Positions 9,698 through 21,266 of a stretch of 64,000 nt of DNA are shown here, piece after piece. Position numbers and translations under genes: made by a program. Under the pieces are notes generated by a model, which saw nothing but the letters and a program-made list of their open reading frames with translations, searched no databases and was not told the DNA's origin. The stretch's first letter is position 1; every line of letters starts with the position of its first letter. This DNA comes from an uncultured delta proteobacterium. Lineage in GTDB: Bacteria; Desulfobacterota; Binatia; Binatales; Binataceae. The DNA is taken from positions 2,176,001 to 2,240,000 of the forward strand of contig CAVXXK010000001.1 in assembly GCA_963765675.1 (NCBI GenBank). Direction: 5' to 3'.

Positions 9698-10534
9698 ATG
9701 GCGAATATTCCCTACGCTCCAGAAATCATCGCCGTCGTCATAATCCTGATCCTGATCTTCGTGCGCCCGATCAGACGGCTCGTCTCCCTGCTGCTTAGAA
9801 TCGTGATCGCCGTCGGCGCGATCATCGTTGCGATCGGCGGCATCTCGATGCTGATGAACAACGAGACCATCTTCGAGAAGCCCGGCGTCGAGGCGCGCTC
9901 GATCCGCTTCTTCACCCAGAGCGGCGCCGCCACCAGCGAGAAAGGCCTCGGCTCCGCGACTTGCAAATGGCCGGACGAGGTCGGCGCCGCTTCGCCAGCG
10001 GTATCGCAGCCAGCGCCCGCCGCTTCGCCGTCGCCGGCCAAACATGAATCACCCCGCAAGCACGCGAAGGAGGAGGCCCGCACCGCGCCGAGTCCTGCTT
10101 CCACTGCGAGCCCCGCCGCGACAAATCCCGAAGACGACGTCTATCCCGAGCTGATCACGCCGAGCTATCCGGGAATCGGACAGGCCAAGCTTTTCGCGCT
10201 CTCGCAGCAGGTGATCAACTCGCTCGGCGGATGGAAGATCGTGAACTCCAATCCGAGGAACGGAGTGATCGATTGCATCTACACCTCGCGGATTCTCCAA
10301 TCGCAGGACGATATCCGGATCACGGTCACGTCCAAGAGCGAGATCAATCTGTGCTCGCGCTCGGGTTCGTCGCGTCCCGATTCGACCTCGCTCGGGCGCT
10401 ATTTCCCCGGGGACTTCGGCGCGAACATCGGGCATATCAAGCAGTTCACCGAAACGCTCGAGCCGATGATGGACGAGGTCTACCAGAAGGAACAGGAAAA
10501 AGAGAACGCCAAGAAGCAGCCCGGGGCGCGCTAA
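9698..10534 (+). CDS. membrane protein with DUF1499-like C-terminal domain
   Basis: Two N-terminal TM helices, Pro/Ala linker, WKIV..G.I..YTSR..DDIRI..SRS..GDFGANI pattern. Confidence 0.6.
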   Translation: MANIPYAPEIIAVVIILILIFVRPIRRLVSLLLRIVIAVGAIIVAIGGISMLMNNETIFEKPGVEARSIRFFTQSGAATSEKGLGSATCKWPDEVGAASPAVSQPAPAASPSPAKHESPRKHAKEEARTAPSPASTASPAATNPEDDVYPELITPSYPGIGQAKLFALSQQVINSLGGWKIVNSNPRNGVIDCIYTSRILQSQDDIRITVTSKSEINLCSRSGSSRPDSTSLGRYFPGDFGANIGHIKQFTETLEPMMDEVYQKEQEKENAKKQPGAR

Positions 10535-10593
10535 GCATCGCAGCGGTCCGCGCCGGGATCCTGCGCGGCTTCGGGTTTCAGGAGGAATCAATC

Positions 10594-11073
10594 TTGGAAA
10601 CGATCGAAAGTCCGCACCCGCCGCTTCCGCCGTTCACGCTGGAAACCGCGATTCAAAAGGTCAGGGGCGCCGAGGACGCCTGGAATTCCCACGATCCGGT
10701 GCGAGTCTCGCTCGGCTACAGCGCGCAGAGCCGCTGGCGTAATCGGTCGGAGTTTATCGTCGGCCGCGAGCAGATAGTCGCTTTCCTCGAGCGCAAATGG
10801 GCGCGCGAACTCGACTATCGTCTGATCAAGGAGCTGTGGGCGTTTCGCGACAACCGAATCGCCGTACGCTTCGCCTACGAATGGCACGACGATTCGGGAA
10901 ACTGGTTCCGCTCCTACGGCAACGAAAACTGGGAGTACGATGAACGCGGCCTGAACGCCGTCCGCCACGCCTGTATCAATGATCTCCCGATTCGCGCCGA
11001 TGAACGAAAATATCACTGGCCGCTGGGCCGCCGCCCCGACGGCCATCCCGGTTTGAGCAGCTTCGGATTCTGA
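10594..11073 (+). CDS. DUF1348 / NTF2-like protein
   Basis: [44 protein letters not shown]; TTG start after GGAGG. Confidence 0.9.
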   Translation: METIESPHPPLPPFTLETAIQKVRGAEDAWNSHDPVRVSLGYSAQSRWRNRSEFIVGREQIVAFLERKWARELDYRLIKELWAFRDNRIAVRFAYEWHDDSGNWFRSYGNENWEYDERGLNAVRHACINDLPIRADERKYHWPLGRRPDGHPGLSSFGF

Positions 11074-11121
11074 CCGCGCGGCTTTGACACACGTATCGCG
11101 ATCGGTGCAGGTTGAATGCCT

Positions 11122-11397
11122 ATGGCGATGCGCGAAACACAGATCGACTCACTGGCGAGTTTTCTGGTCCAGGGTCTGATCGCCAAGGGCATAATCAAAC
11201 CCAAGGCGGATGAGAAGGATCTGATTGCCTGCGTGGTCGAGCTGATGTCTTCGAACTTCGAGACCGAAGCCGCAATCGACCTCGAGACCGACAACATGGT
11301 CGAGGATCTGATGCGCAAGGACTCGCGCCTGGACGGCGAACGCCTGCGATCGATGATCCGGCAAAAAATCGCCGAAAAAAAAGGCTTCACGCTTTGA
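11122..11397 (+). CDS. DUF507 family protein (first of pair)
   Basis: Small acidic helical protein ending IAEKKGFTL. Confidence 0.7.
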   Translation: MAMRETQIDSLASFLVQGLIAKGIIKPKADEKDLIACVVELMSSNFETEAAIDLETDNMVEDLMRKDSRLDGERLRSMIRQKIAEKKGFTL

Positions 11398-11428
11398 CGA
11401 TTCGCGCGGGAGAGAAGAAAAACTCAAT

Positions 11429-11524
11429 CGGCCACAAAGACACGAAGACACAAAGAAATCAAAGCGGACCTTTCCTGCGGGAAAAGGTCCGCTTCTTCTT
11501 AATGTCTTAGTGTCTTTGTGGCCG
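11429..11524. repeat. foldback element with (CACNAAGA)n arms, copy 3
   Basis: CGGCCACAAAGACACGAAGACACAAAG...CTTAGTGTCTTTGTGGCCG; inner hairpin AAGCGGACCTTTCC..GAAAAGGTCCGCTT. Confidence 0.85.
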
Positions 11525-11612
11525 GTTGATTTCTGCCTTACGAGCGTGCGTGCGGAACGCGAGGATGCTAGATGAAAGATACGGTCGTATCCATCGCGAG
11601 GGATTCTCAAGC

Positions 11613-11891
11613 GTGAAACTCAGCGAAGCACGAATTCTGTTCCTGGCGCGGGAGTCGCTCGCGCGGTTGCGCGACGAAGGCTTGGCCGAAATCGCGAACT
11701 TCCCGCTCGCGCTGCGCCAGGGCCGCGAGCTGATCGCGGAATGGAACGAAAAGGGCGATGAGATCGATCAAATCGTGCGACGCAAGATCACTTCGATCAA
11801 GCGCGGTATCGTCGAGGGCAGCAACGAATGGACCATCCTGTTCCGCCGCTATCGCGATGAGGAACTGCGCAAGCGCGGCCTGTTGCGCTGA
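11613..11891 (+). CDS. DUF507 family protein (second of pair)
   Basis: MKLSEARI...VRRKITSIKRGIVEGSNEWTILFRRY.DEELRKRG. Confidence 0.75.
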   Translation: MKLSEARILFLARESLARLRDEGLAEIANFPLALRQGRELIAEWNEKGDEIDQIVRRKITSIKRGIVEGSNEWTILFRRYRDEELRKRGLLR

Positions 11892-12688
11892 TGGCGCCGC
11901 GTCCCGCTGAAAACTCCTCCGCTTTAATCCCTGGCGATATCGCCGTCCGCGCACGCGGCGGAATGCACGGACTCTTCGCCGCGATGCCGCCCGGACTCGT
12001 GCTCGATATCCCGGCCGGCGGCGGCGCTCAATCCGCCGCGCTCGCGCAGCTCGGCTACCGCGTTCTCTCGGCGGATCTGTTCGCCAACGGGCGCGGAACG
12101 CCGTCATGGTCGTGGGTCCGTGCCGACGCCAATGGCTCGCTGCCGTTTGCCGCCGGCGCGTTCGACTACGTACTGTGTCGCGAGGGAATCGAGCATCTGG
12201 AAGACCAGATGGGCTTTATCCGCGAATGCGCGCGCGTGCTCAAGCCGGGCGGCAAGATCGTTTTGACGACGCCCAACGTGATGCATCTGGCGGCGCGTGC
12301 GAGTGCGTTTCTTACCGGCCAGCGAAACCTGCGCCGCGGACTCGTCAATGAAGTCCAGACCCTGCGCGCGCGCAACGGCTCGCGCCTGTACCATGGCCAC
12401 GTTTTTCTGCTCGACTACTTCAGGATGCGCTACATCCTGCGCGTGTGTGGTTTCGACAACCTCGCGATACATACCGACCGTCTGAGCCCGACCTCGATCG
12501 CGATGGCGCCGCTCGTCCCGCTTCTGTGGATGTCGATGAAATTCGCGGTCGCGGTCTCGGCGCGCAACGTCCGCCACGGCGGCCAGCGCGCTCCAGACCC
12601 GCGCGTGACGCGCGAACTCTTCGCGGACGTTCTGTCCCCCGCGCTCCTGTTCGGCCGCAGAATGATAGTCGTCGCCGACCGCGCCTGA
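11891..12688 (+). CDS. class I SAM-dependent methyltransferase
   Basis: VLDIPAGGG, LPF..FD, EGIEHL, RVLKPGG, TTPN; TGATG overlap with the upstream gene. Confidence 0.88.
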   Translation: MAPRPAENSSALIPGDIAVRARGGMHGLFAAMPPGLVLDIPAGGGAQSAALAQLGYRVLSADLFANGRGTPSWSWVRADANGSLPFAAGAFDYVLCREGIEHLEDQMGFIRECARVLKPGGKIVLTTPNVMHLAARASAFLTGQRNLRRGLVNEVQTLRARNGSRLYHGHVFLLDYFRMRYILRVCGFDNLAIHTDRLSPTSIAMAPLVPLLWMSMKFAVAVSARNVRHGGQRAPDPRVTRELFADVLSPALLFGRRMIVVADRA

Positions 12689-12711
12689 CGCGCGCAAATG
12701 ATAGGATCGGA

Positions 12712-13041
12712 ATGATGGACGATCGTGAATTTCAAAAAGCCGCCGATGCCTGTCTCGCTCGAGTCGCCAAATGGCTCGAGGGTCTCGATCCCGACGACGC
12801 CGACTACTCGACCTCCGACGGCTCGGTCACGATCGAGTTTCCCGACGGAATGAAATTCATCCTGAGCCGCCAATCCGCGACCAACCAAATCTGGCTGGCA
12901 GCAGCCGCGCACGGATACCACTACGATTACGACTCCGCGAGCGACGCGTGGCGCGACGACAAAGACCATCACGACCTCTACACGCGTCTCGCGCAATTCG
13001 TTTCCGAACAGGTAGGCCGTCCGATCGAATTCGAAACCTGA
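12712..13041 (+). CDS. cyaY: iron donor protein CyaY (frataxin)
   Basis: MDDREFQ..AD, DGSVTIEF.DG, ILSRQ..TNQIWLAA..GYHY. Confidence 0.88.
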   Translation: MMDDREFQKAADACLARVAKWLEGLDPDDADYSTSDGSVTIEFPDGMKFILSRQSATNQIWLAAAAHGYHYDYDSASDAWRDDKDHHDLYTRLAQFVSEQVGRPIEFET

Positions 13042-13222
13042 CGCGGCGGGCGCTCCGGACGCTCCAGTACTCCTCGCGAGGTCCAGGCACCTTACGGAAG
13101 GCGAAGAATAGGCAAAAAAGCCTGGGCACCTCAACAAACCCAAGAAAATTCGATCCCGCCGTCACGGCGATTTCACGTTCACGCGCTTGTATTTGTCATA
13201 ATCACATGAAAGACTGAGCCGG

Positions 13223-13249
13223 TTGGCACTCTCATCGCGAGAGTGCCAA
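13223..13249 (+). promoter_or_regulatory. CIRCE element (HrcA operator)
   Basis: TTGGCACTC-N9-GAGTGCCAA upstream of groES; TTGACA follows directly at 13250. Confidence 0.9.
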
Positions 13250-13346
13250 TTGACATCCGGTCGATCGTGATTAAATTTGACTCGACTCGATCTATTCACA
13301 GGCCGAGTAACAATCGAAATTCCACAGTAGGAGGCGGCTAGTCCCA

Positions 13347-13634
13347 ATGAAATTCAGACCGCTGGGCGATCGCATTCTGGTCAAGCGTATCAAGGAAGAA
13401 GAGAAGACCAAGGGCGGCATCATCATCCCCGACACCGCGAAAGAAAAGCCCCAGGAGGGCAAAGTAGTCGCGGTCGGCAAGGGCAAGTATGGCGACGATG
13501 GCAAGCTCATCCCGATCGAGGTGAAGGCGGGCGACAAGATCCTGTTCGGAAAATATTCCGGCAGCGAGATCAAGCTCGAAGGCGATGAGCATATCATCCT
13601 GCGCGAGGACGACATCCTGGGCATCCTCGACTGA
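13347..13634 (+). CDS. groES: co-chaperonin GroES
   Basis: [29 protein letters not shown]. Confidence 0.98.
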   Translation: MKFRPLGDRILVKRIKEEEKTKGGIIIPDTAKEKPQEGKVVAVGKGKYGDDGKLIPIEVKAGDKILFGKYSGSEIKLEGDEHIILREDDILGILD

Positions 13635-13674
13635 GCGAAGCTTCGCAAAGAAGTTTCCTGTCCGATGCGCTTAA

Positions 13675-15333
<1,659 letters not shown>

Positions 15334-15363
15334 CTGCGTCGGAACAAGTTAACTGTTAGCGAA

Positions 15364-15401
15364 GCGGCGGGGCCGGATTATCCGGTCCCGCCGTCTTTTT
15401 T
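15364..15401 (+). terminator. intrinsic terminator after groEL
   Basis: GGCGGGGCCGGA-TTA-TCCGGTCCCGCC stem followed by a T-run. Confidence 0.8.
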
Positions 15402-15778
15402 CACGGATTCCATCTTCGCGGCTCGGAGCGATTTTCAGCCGCGGCGCCTGTCACGAGCATGCAACAATTCACGCCGGTGCTACGTTACGATGCTATTCAT
15501 TAGCGCTGCTTGCACATTTTGACATTAACGCGGTGTATCGCATGTCATCCGCACGCGGACTCTCGGGACGATTTTCCGGTCGCGTACCGCGAACAAATCC
15601 GTAGCCGCCGGCCGGTTCGTCCGTATTGTAGATACAGGCGAATTTACCGACACGGTGTACGAACTTCGGAAGCGCGAGCTTGTCCCGCGATGCGACTCGC
15701 AACCAAATGAAACGGTCTGATCGCGTAAATTTGACAATTGATGGCCAAATTTGCGTTGCAGCGCTTGCACATTGTTAT

Positions 15779-15794
15779 TGGCCTGCCGCTTGCT
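15779..15794 (+). promoter_or_regulatory. putative sigma54 (-24/-12) promoter
   Basis: TGGCCTGCCGCTTGCT fits GG-N10-GC, about 75 nt before the receiver gene, in a ~500-nt AT-richer intergenic region. Confidence 0.6.
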
Positions 15795-15867
15795 ACCTCT
15801 TCCTTCGATGATTCGCGAAGCCGTACTGATGAAGTCAGGCCCGGGGGTGGGCAGGAGGTCGTCCCGA

Positions 15868-16311
15868 ATGTCTGTCCGTGTGCTGATAGCCGATAGCTCA
15901 GGTGAGGGCCGCGAAGTGATGCGGCATCATCTGAACTGCATGGGATGCGACGTGATCGCCGAGACGGACAACGCGGTGCAGACCGCAAATCTTTTTCGAA
16001 CCGTGCACCCGCAAGTAGTGATCCTTGATAGCGCTCTTAAGACTGGCGGCGACCTCGACGCGCTCGGCCTGGTCCGGATGATTCGTCAGGACTCTCCCGA
16101 CACCGCAATTATCGCGGTGATTCCTGCGAGCGATTCCGAACGCGCGCGCGCATTTATCGACGAGGGCGCGCTCGAGTGCCTCGTCCAGCCAGTGGTCAGC
16201 GACGGCTTTGAGCGCGTATGGCGCAAGCTGCTGACGCGCTTTCCGGAGCTCCGACCGGTAGAACTACCGCACGCCAAAGCCGCCCGCCGCAACGGCAGCA
16301 ATCGAGATTAA
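15868..16311 (+). CDS. single-domain response regulator receiver (atypical)
   Basis: VRVLIAD, P.VVILD, GA..CLVQP; RBS GGAGG. Confidence 0.8.
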   Translation: MSVRVLIADSSGEGREVMRHHLNCMGCDVIAETDNAVQTANLFRTVHPQVVILDSALKTGGDLDALGLVRMIRQDSPDTAIIAVIPASDSERARAFIDEGALECLVQPVVSDGFERVWRKLLTRFPELRPVELPHAKAARRNGSNRD

Positions 16312-16355
16312 ACCGTCCTCTTTCTGGCTAATTATTTTTACTTCGAACCGTTGCC

Positions 16356-16436
16356 GATACCCTCTCCACCGGGAGAGGGCGGCGCGGCGCGACGCTTGCG
16401 ATTTTTTCCGCAAGCATCGTGATGCGCGGGCGAGGG
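16356..16436. repeat. palindromic repeat, second copy of 975-1055
   Basis: GATACCCTC..CGGGAGAGGGCG.CGCGGCGCGA.GCTTGCG..CGCAAGCATCGTGA.GCG.GG..GAGGG; lies between convergent genes. Confidence 0.8.
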
Positions 16437-16471
16437 TGCTGCTCTGCGAGGAACCGACAGAGGGTGAGCGA

Positions 16472-17251
16472 TCAGATCGGTGGGTCTTCCGGCCGTCCGG
16501 GCGTGACGATTACTCGCTCGATTCGCACTGGCTCGCCGGGAAGGCATTCCACCCACGCAGCCCATCCGCAGTGATCGCCCGAGTAGAGCGGCGCAGGCGT
16601 GCCGCAATAGAACGCGCGCGTCGCGCCGTGCGAGACATCTCCCCAGACGTGAACATGTCCGAGCGCGATATAGTCATACCCCGACGCCGCAATCTCTTCG
16701 CCTGTGATTGGCGACGAGCGGTAACTGTCGCCGTCTTCCATGTAGAATCCGTGCGCGAGCGCGATATTCCACAAATCGGGATTCGACGCAGGAATGCCCG
16801 CGAGCGGCCGATACTCCGGCGTGTGCTCGACCAGCGCTCGCCCCCATAGCCGCGCCGCAAGCTCGGGAATCTCGATCGTGCGGCCTTCGGGCTCGAGGAT
16901 CAGATGCAGATTCGGCGGCAGCGCCGACGGCGCCAGTCCCGCGTATATCGATCGCTCATCGTGCGCGTCGTGATTGCCCGGAATCATCACCACCGGCATC
17001 CGCGCGCGTCCGATCGTTCCCAGTGCGAACGCAAGACCCGCCTCGCTGACGCGGGCCGAGTCGAACAAATCGCCGACGATCAGCAGCAAATCGGCCGAGC
17101 GCTCGTTGGCAAGATCGATCACTCGCGAGAACGCGCCGCGCACGCGGTCGCGCAACTCCTCGCCGCGCGGCCCCGCGCCGAAAGTGTCGGTCTCGAGATG
17201 CACATCTGACGTATGGAGCATCCGAAGCGAGCGATTGGTGCGATTGGTCAC
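16472..17251 (-). CDS. SbcD/Mre11-like metallophosphoesterase
   Basis: HTSDVHL, VGDLFD, PGNHD, LAHG, DYIALGHVH, YCGTP. Confidence 0.85.
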   Translation of the reverse strand: MTNRTNRSLRMLHTSDVHLETDTFGAGPRGEELRDRVRGAFSRVIDLANERSADLLLIVGDLFDSARVSEAGLAFALGTIGRARMPVVMIPGNHDAHDERSIYAGLAPSALPPNLHLILEPEGRTIEIPELAARLWGRALVEHTPEYRPLAGIPASNPDLWNIALAHGFYMEDGDSYRSSPITGEEIAASGYDYIALGHVHVWGDVSHGATRAFYCGTPAPLYSGDHCGWAAWVECLPGEPVRIERVIVTPGRPEDPPI

Positions 17252-17371
17252 GAGGTATGGGCGGCGCGGGTTCCAGCAATTCCGCGTGTGCTATACACTT
17301 TAGATACTAGACTTCCGCCGCGCATTCCATCGCTTTCATGATGCGCGCGCGGCCGTGAGCCGGGGAATCAT

Positions 17372-18388
17372 TTGATCGTCGTACTCAAATCGAAGGTTAC
17401 TGAAGAGCAGATCGGCACGATCGTGAAGATGGTCGAAGAACTCGACTATCGCGCGCATATTATCCGCGGCGTCGAGCGCACCGTTGTCGCCTGCGTCGGC
17501 GAAGAGCGCGGCGAGCATCAGCTCGAGCATCTCGAGGCGCTTAGCTACGTCGAGCGCGTGATGCCGGTGCTGCGATCGTTCAAGCTCGCGGCGCGCGAGG
17601 TTCGTCCCGAAGGCTCCATCATCGATGTTGGCGGCGTAAAGATCGGCGGCAACAAGCTCGTGATCATGGCGGGACCCTGCGCGGTCGAGAGCTTCGAGCA
17701 GGTCGAGGCTGCTGCCGACGCGGTCAAGGCGGGAGGAGCACATCTGCTGCGCGGCGGCGCGTTCAAGCCGCGCACTTCTCCCTACGCTTTTCAGGGCATG
17801 GAGGGCGAGGGGCTCACCCTGCTCGAAAACGCGGGCAAACGGGTCGGGCTGCCGGTCGTCACCGAGATAATGGATCCGCACGATATCGATCTGTTCGTCG
17901 AACACGCCGATATGCTGCAAGTCGGCGCGCGCAACGCGCAAAATTTTTCGCTGCTCCGACGCCTGGGGCGAACCAAAAAACCGATCCTGCTGAAACGCGG
18001 GATGTCCACGCGGCTCGAGGAATTCCTGATGGCGGCGGAGTACATCCTGTCCGAAGGAAATCCCAACGTCGTGCTGTGCGAACGCGGAATCCGCACCTTC
18101 GAGACCGCGACTCGCAACACCCTCGATCTGACCGCGGTGCCGCTGCTCAAGGAATGGACCCATCTGCCAGTGATCGTCGATCCCAGCCACGGCACCGGCA
18201 TCTGGTCGCTGGTCGCGCCGATGGCGCTGGCGTCGATCGCGGCGGGTGCCGACGGGTTGCTGATCGAGGTGCACCCGAATCCTTCGGTCGCCCGCTCCGA
18301 CGGCCCGCAGCAGCTCAAGCCCGAGCGCTTCGCCGATCTCGTCCGGGCGGCAAAACCCGTCGCCGCCGCGGTCGGGCGCTCGCTATGA
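17372..18388 (+). CDS. aroF: 3-deoxy-7-phosphoheptulonate synthase (type I-beta)
   Basis: AGPCAVES, GGAFKPRTSPY, QVGARN, DPSHGTG, SDGPQ. Confidence 0.95.
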   Translation: MIVVLKSKVTEEQIGTIVKMVEELDYRAHIIRGVERTVVACVGEERGEHQLEHLEALSYVERVMPVLRSFKLAAREVRPEGSIIDVGGVKIGGNKLVIMAGPCAVESFEQVEAAADAVKAGGAHLLRGGAFKPRTSPYAFQGMEGEGLTLLENAGKRVGLPVVTEIMDPHDIDLFVEHADMLQVGARNAQNFSLLRRLGRTKKPILLKRGMSTRLEEFLMAAEYILSEGNPNVVLCERGIRTFETATRNTLDLTAVPLLKEWTHLPVIVDPSHGTGIWSLVAPMALASIAAGADGLLIEVHPNPSVARSDGPQQLKPERFADLVRAAKPVAAAVGRSL

Positions 18389-18445
18389 CGATTCGACTAG
18401 CGCGTGCGTATCGCTTAGCCTTGCGTTGAACGGAGGAACGTATCG

Positions 18446-19063
18446 GTGGAAAATCCGGATCCGCATCGCATCTCGACCGAGGAACAACTGGACAAGCTGC
18501 TCGGCGCACCAAATCCGATGACGCGCAGGAAGCTGCTCACCGCGCTCGACGAGATCGCGGTTGGCTTTATCAAGCGCTCGCCGCTGCTCGTGATCGGTAC
18601 CGCCGACGCGGACGGCAACCAGGACGTATCTCCCAAAGGCGATCATCCCGGATTCGTCGAGGTCGTGGATCGAAATACGCTGCTGATCCCCGAACGCAAA
18701 GGCAACAAGCTCAAGTTTGGTTTTCGTAACATCCTTGCCAATCCGCACATCGGACTGATTTTCCTGGTTCCCAACACCGACGAGACCCTGCGCGTCAATG
18801 GCACTGCCGAGCTGACCGCCGATCCCGCGCTGCTCGCGACTCTCGCCGCGCGCGGCGCGCCCGCATTGCTCGCGATGCGGGTTAGCGTCCGCGAATGCTT
18901 CTTCCACTGCGGCAAGGCGCTCATCCGCTCCGCGCTGTGGCAGCCGGAAACCTGGGCGGCTCACGCCAGAATATCGTTCGGGAAGCAGCTTGGCGGCGGC
19001 GCCGAGGACCTCGCGCGCAAGATCGATCAGGCCATCGAGCAGGATTACAAAAATAATCTATAG
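18446..19063 (+). CDS. pyridoxamine 5'-phosphate oxidase-like FMN-binding protein
   Basis: DVSPKGD.PGFV, PERKGN, ETLRVNG.A, FFHCGKA..RS.LW. Confidence 0.85.
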   Translation: MENPDPHRISTEEQLDKLLGAPNPMTRRKLLTALDEIAVGFIKRSPLLVIGTADADGNQDVSPKGDHPGFVEVVDRNTLLIPERKGNKLKFGFRNILANPHIGLIFLVPNTDETLRVNGTAELTADPALLATLAARGAPALLAMRVSVRECFFHCGKALIRSALWQPETWAAHARISFGKQLGGGAEDLARKIDQAIEQDYKNNL

Positions 19064-19070
19064 GTGATGC

Positions 19071-20003
19071 GTGGCAGCGCCGGCCAACCTTGTGAAGCCT
19101 CCCGCACTGCGCCTCGGCGATACCGTTGGCGTGGTCGCGCCGGCGGCGGCGATCGATCGCGAATATCTGGAGCGCGGGGTCGGCGCGCTCGCGGCGATGG
19201 GCTTTCGGGTCAAGGTTTCGGCGCGCGCGCTGGCGCGTTCGGGAATCCTGGCCGGTGACGATCGCGAGCGCGCCGCCGAGCTGCAGGATTATTTCGCCGA
19301 CGATTCGGTGCGCGCGATCTTCGCCGCTCGCGGCGGCTACGGATGCGGCCGTCTCCTTCCGCTGCTCGACTTCGCGCGAATCGCGCGTGCCCCCAAGCCC
19401 TTCATAGGGTTCTCCGATGAGACATTTATTCTCAATCCTCTGGTGACCCGCGCCGGTATCGTCGCGATTCACGGACCGATGGTCGCGATGGACTTCGCGC
19501 GCGGACTGACCACGCGCAGCTTCGAGCATCTGCGCCGGATGCTCACAGGCGACCTCGGAGCGTTCGATCTCGAAGCGCGCGAGAGCGTGCACCCGGGCGT
19601 CGCCGAGGGCGAGTTGATCGGAGGATGCCTGTCGGTGGTGGTCGCGATGCTGGCGACGCCGTTCGCGCCGGACTTTCGCGGCAAGATTCTTTTTCTGGAA
19701 GATACCGGCGAGCGTGCCTATCGGATCGATCGGATGCTGGTGCAGCTTCGGCAGGCGGGCGTCTTCACCGCGGCGGCAGGAATTGTTTTCGGCGCGATTC
19801 GTCCGGTTGAAGGCAACGCCGACGAAGCCAGGCTGATCGCGCGGTTTATCGCCGAGCAGACCGCCGGTTTCGGAATTCCAGTGATCGCAGGAATCGAGGC
19901 GGGCCACGGCACCGAGAATCTTGCGCTCCCGTTCGGGGTGCGCGCGCGGCTCGACGCGGGCACGAAGACGCTTCAAGTCCTCGAGCCGGCGGTCATCGCG
20001 TGA
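19071..20003 (+). CDS. ldcA: LD-carboxypeptidase (S66)
   Basis: ARGGYG, IGFSD, HGPM, LFLED, GHG. Confidence 0.9.
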   Translation: MAAPANLVKPPALRLGDTVGVVAPAAAIDREYLERGVGALAAMGFRVKVSARALARSGILAGDDRERAAELQDYFADDSVRAIFAARGGYGCGRLLPLLDFARIARAPKPFIGFSDETFILNPLVTRAGIVAIHGPMVAMDFARGLTTRSFEHLRRMLTGDLGAFDLEARESVHPGVAEGELIGGCLSVVVAMLATPFAPDFRGKILFLEDTGERAYRIDRMLVQLRQAGVFTAAAGIVFGAIRPVEGNADEARLIARFIAEQTAGFGIPVIAGIEAGHGTENLALPFGVRARLDAGTKTLQVLEPAVIA

Positions 20004-20135
20004 ACCGCGCTGAAAATTAAATCTGCCGACGTCTGCGCGCATGGTTGCAGCGCGCGACATATTCGCCGCATATTTGGACTTACATCGATTTTTATCGAGC
20101 GATAGCTGATCGCGCGCATAGACAGCGGGTGTTTC

Positions 20136-21266
20136 GTGGGCTGGAGAGAGGTTGAAAGAGCGTTCGAAGATGCGGTCGAGCGGAGTGCGATCCCCGGAGC
20201 GACGGTCGTGGTCCGCGTCGGAGCTCAGGTCGCCTTCGAAGGTGCGTTTGGATTTCGCTCGATCGTGCCCGAACGCACGCCGATGAAGATCGATACGGTC
20301 TTCGATTTGTCGTCGCTGACCAAGGCGCTCGCGACGACGGTCGCGGTCATGCTCCTCACGCGCGACGGCAAGCTTCGGCTCGACGATCGCGTGACGCGGT
20401 TCTTCCACAATTTCGGCGTGCACGGAAAAACCGGCGTCACCTTTCGCCATCTGCTCGCGCACTGCTCGGGCCTGGCGCCGTGGCGGCCGTTCTACGAGCG
20501 GGTCGCAGAAGTCGAGCGTTCGGGCAAGGTGAATTTCATGGCGAGCTACGGCGCCAAGGAATTTGTGTGCGAGGAGATTCATCGCGAGAAGCCCGAGGCC
20601 ACGCCCGCGACCAAGGCTATCTATTCGGACCTGAATTTTATCGTGCTCGGCGAAACCGTCGAGAAAGTCTCGGGCGTCGCGCTCAACCGCTTCAGCCGCG
20701 ACAAAATTTTCCGGCCGCTCGGGCTGCGCGCGACTGACTTTATCGATATCGCGCTGGTGCGCTCGCGCCGTCTCGAGCCGGTCGCCGACATGTTCGCGCC
20801 GACGGAGGTGTGCCCCTCGCGCAAGCGGCTGCTGGTCGGCGAAGTGGACGACGAAAACGCGTACGCGATGGGCGGAGTGTCGGGACATGCGGGGTTGTTC
20901 GCGCCGGTTCGCGAGGTCGATCGGATCGCGCGCGAGCTTATCGCCTGCTGGGCCGGGCGCTCGGATTTTGTTCCGAAGAAAATCCTCCGCGAGTTTTGGG
21001 CGCGCGATAAAACCGTTCCCGAATCGACCTGGGCGCTCGGATGGGACATGCCGTCGCCGCAGGGTTCGAGCTCGGGCCGCCATTTCTCGCCCGACGCGAT
21101 CGGGCATCTGGGCTTCACCGGCACTTCGATCTGGATCGAGCCGGCGCGCGAGATCGCGATTTCAATCATGACCAATCGGGTGCATCCGCGCCGCGACAAC
21201 CAGGCGATTCGCGAGTTCCGCCCGCGAATCCACGATCTGATCATGGAAGCGATCGACGGTGAATGA
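20136..21266 (+). CDS. serine hydrolase, beta-lactamase class C family (AmiE-like)
   Basis: FDLSSLTK (SxxK), YSDLNF, GEVDDENA, GHAGLF, GHLGFTGT, TNRVHP. Confidence 0.88.
   Translation: MGWREVERAFEDAVERSAIPGATVVVRVGAQVAFEGAFGFRSIVPERTPMKIDTVFDLSSLTKALATTVAVMLLTRDGKLRLDDRVTRFFHNFGVHGKTGVTFRHLLAHCSGLAPWRPFYERVAEVERSGKVNFMASYGAKEFVCEEIHREKPEATPATKAIYSDLNFIVLGETVEKVSGVALNRFSRDKIFRPLGLRATDFIDIALVRSRRLEPVADMFAPTEVCPSRKRLLVGEVDDENAYAMGGVSGHAGLFAPVREVDRIARELIACWAGRSDFVPKKILREFWARDKTVPESTWALGWDMPSPQGSSSGRHFSPDAIGHLGFTGTSIWIEPAREIAISIMTNRVHPRRDNQAIREFRPRIHDLIMEAIDGE

Noticed and set aside
4850-11524. Repeats as a possible CRISPR array or integron attC sites
   Set aside because: No regular repeat-spacer period and no cas or intI gene; the ends lack a clear RYYYAAC/GTTRRRY pairing, and the flanking genes are chromosomal housekeeping-type.
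13224-13238. TGGCAC-N5-TCGC sigma54-like motif before groES
   Set aside because: It coincides with the left arm of the CIRCE inverted repeat, which explains it better.
18921-21107. 728-aa antisense ORF, and similar ones at 25971-28220, 38399-40360, 50930-53215, 30987-32537 and 41997-43403
   Set aside because: They shadow well-supported genes on the opposite strand and have no recognisable motifs; this is expected from high-GC codon bias.
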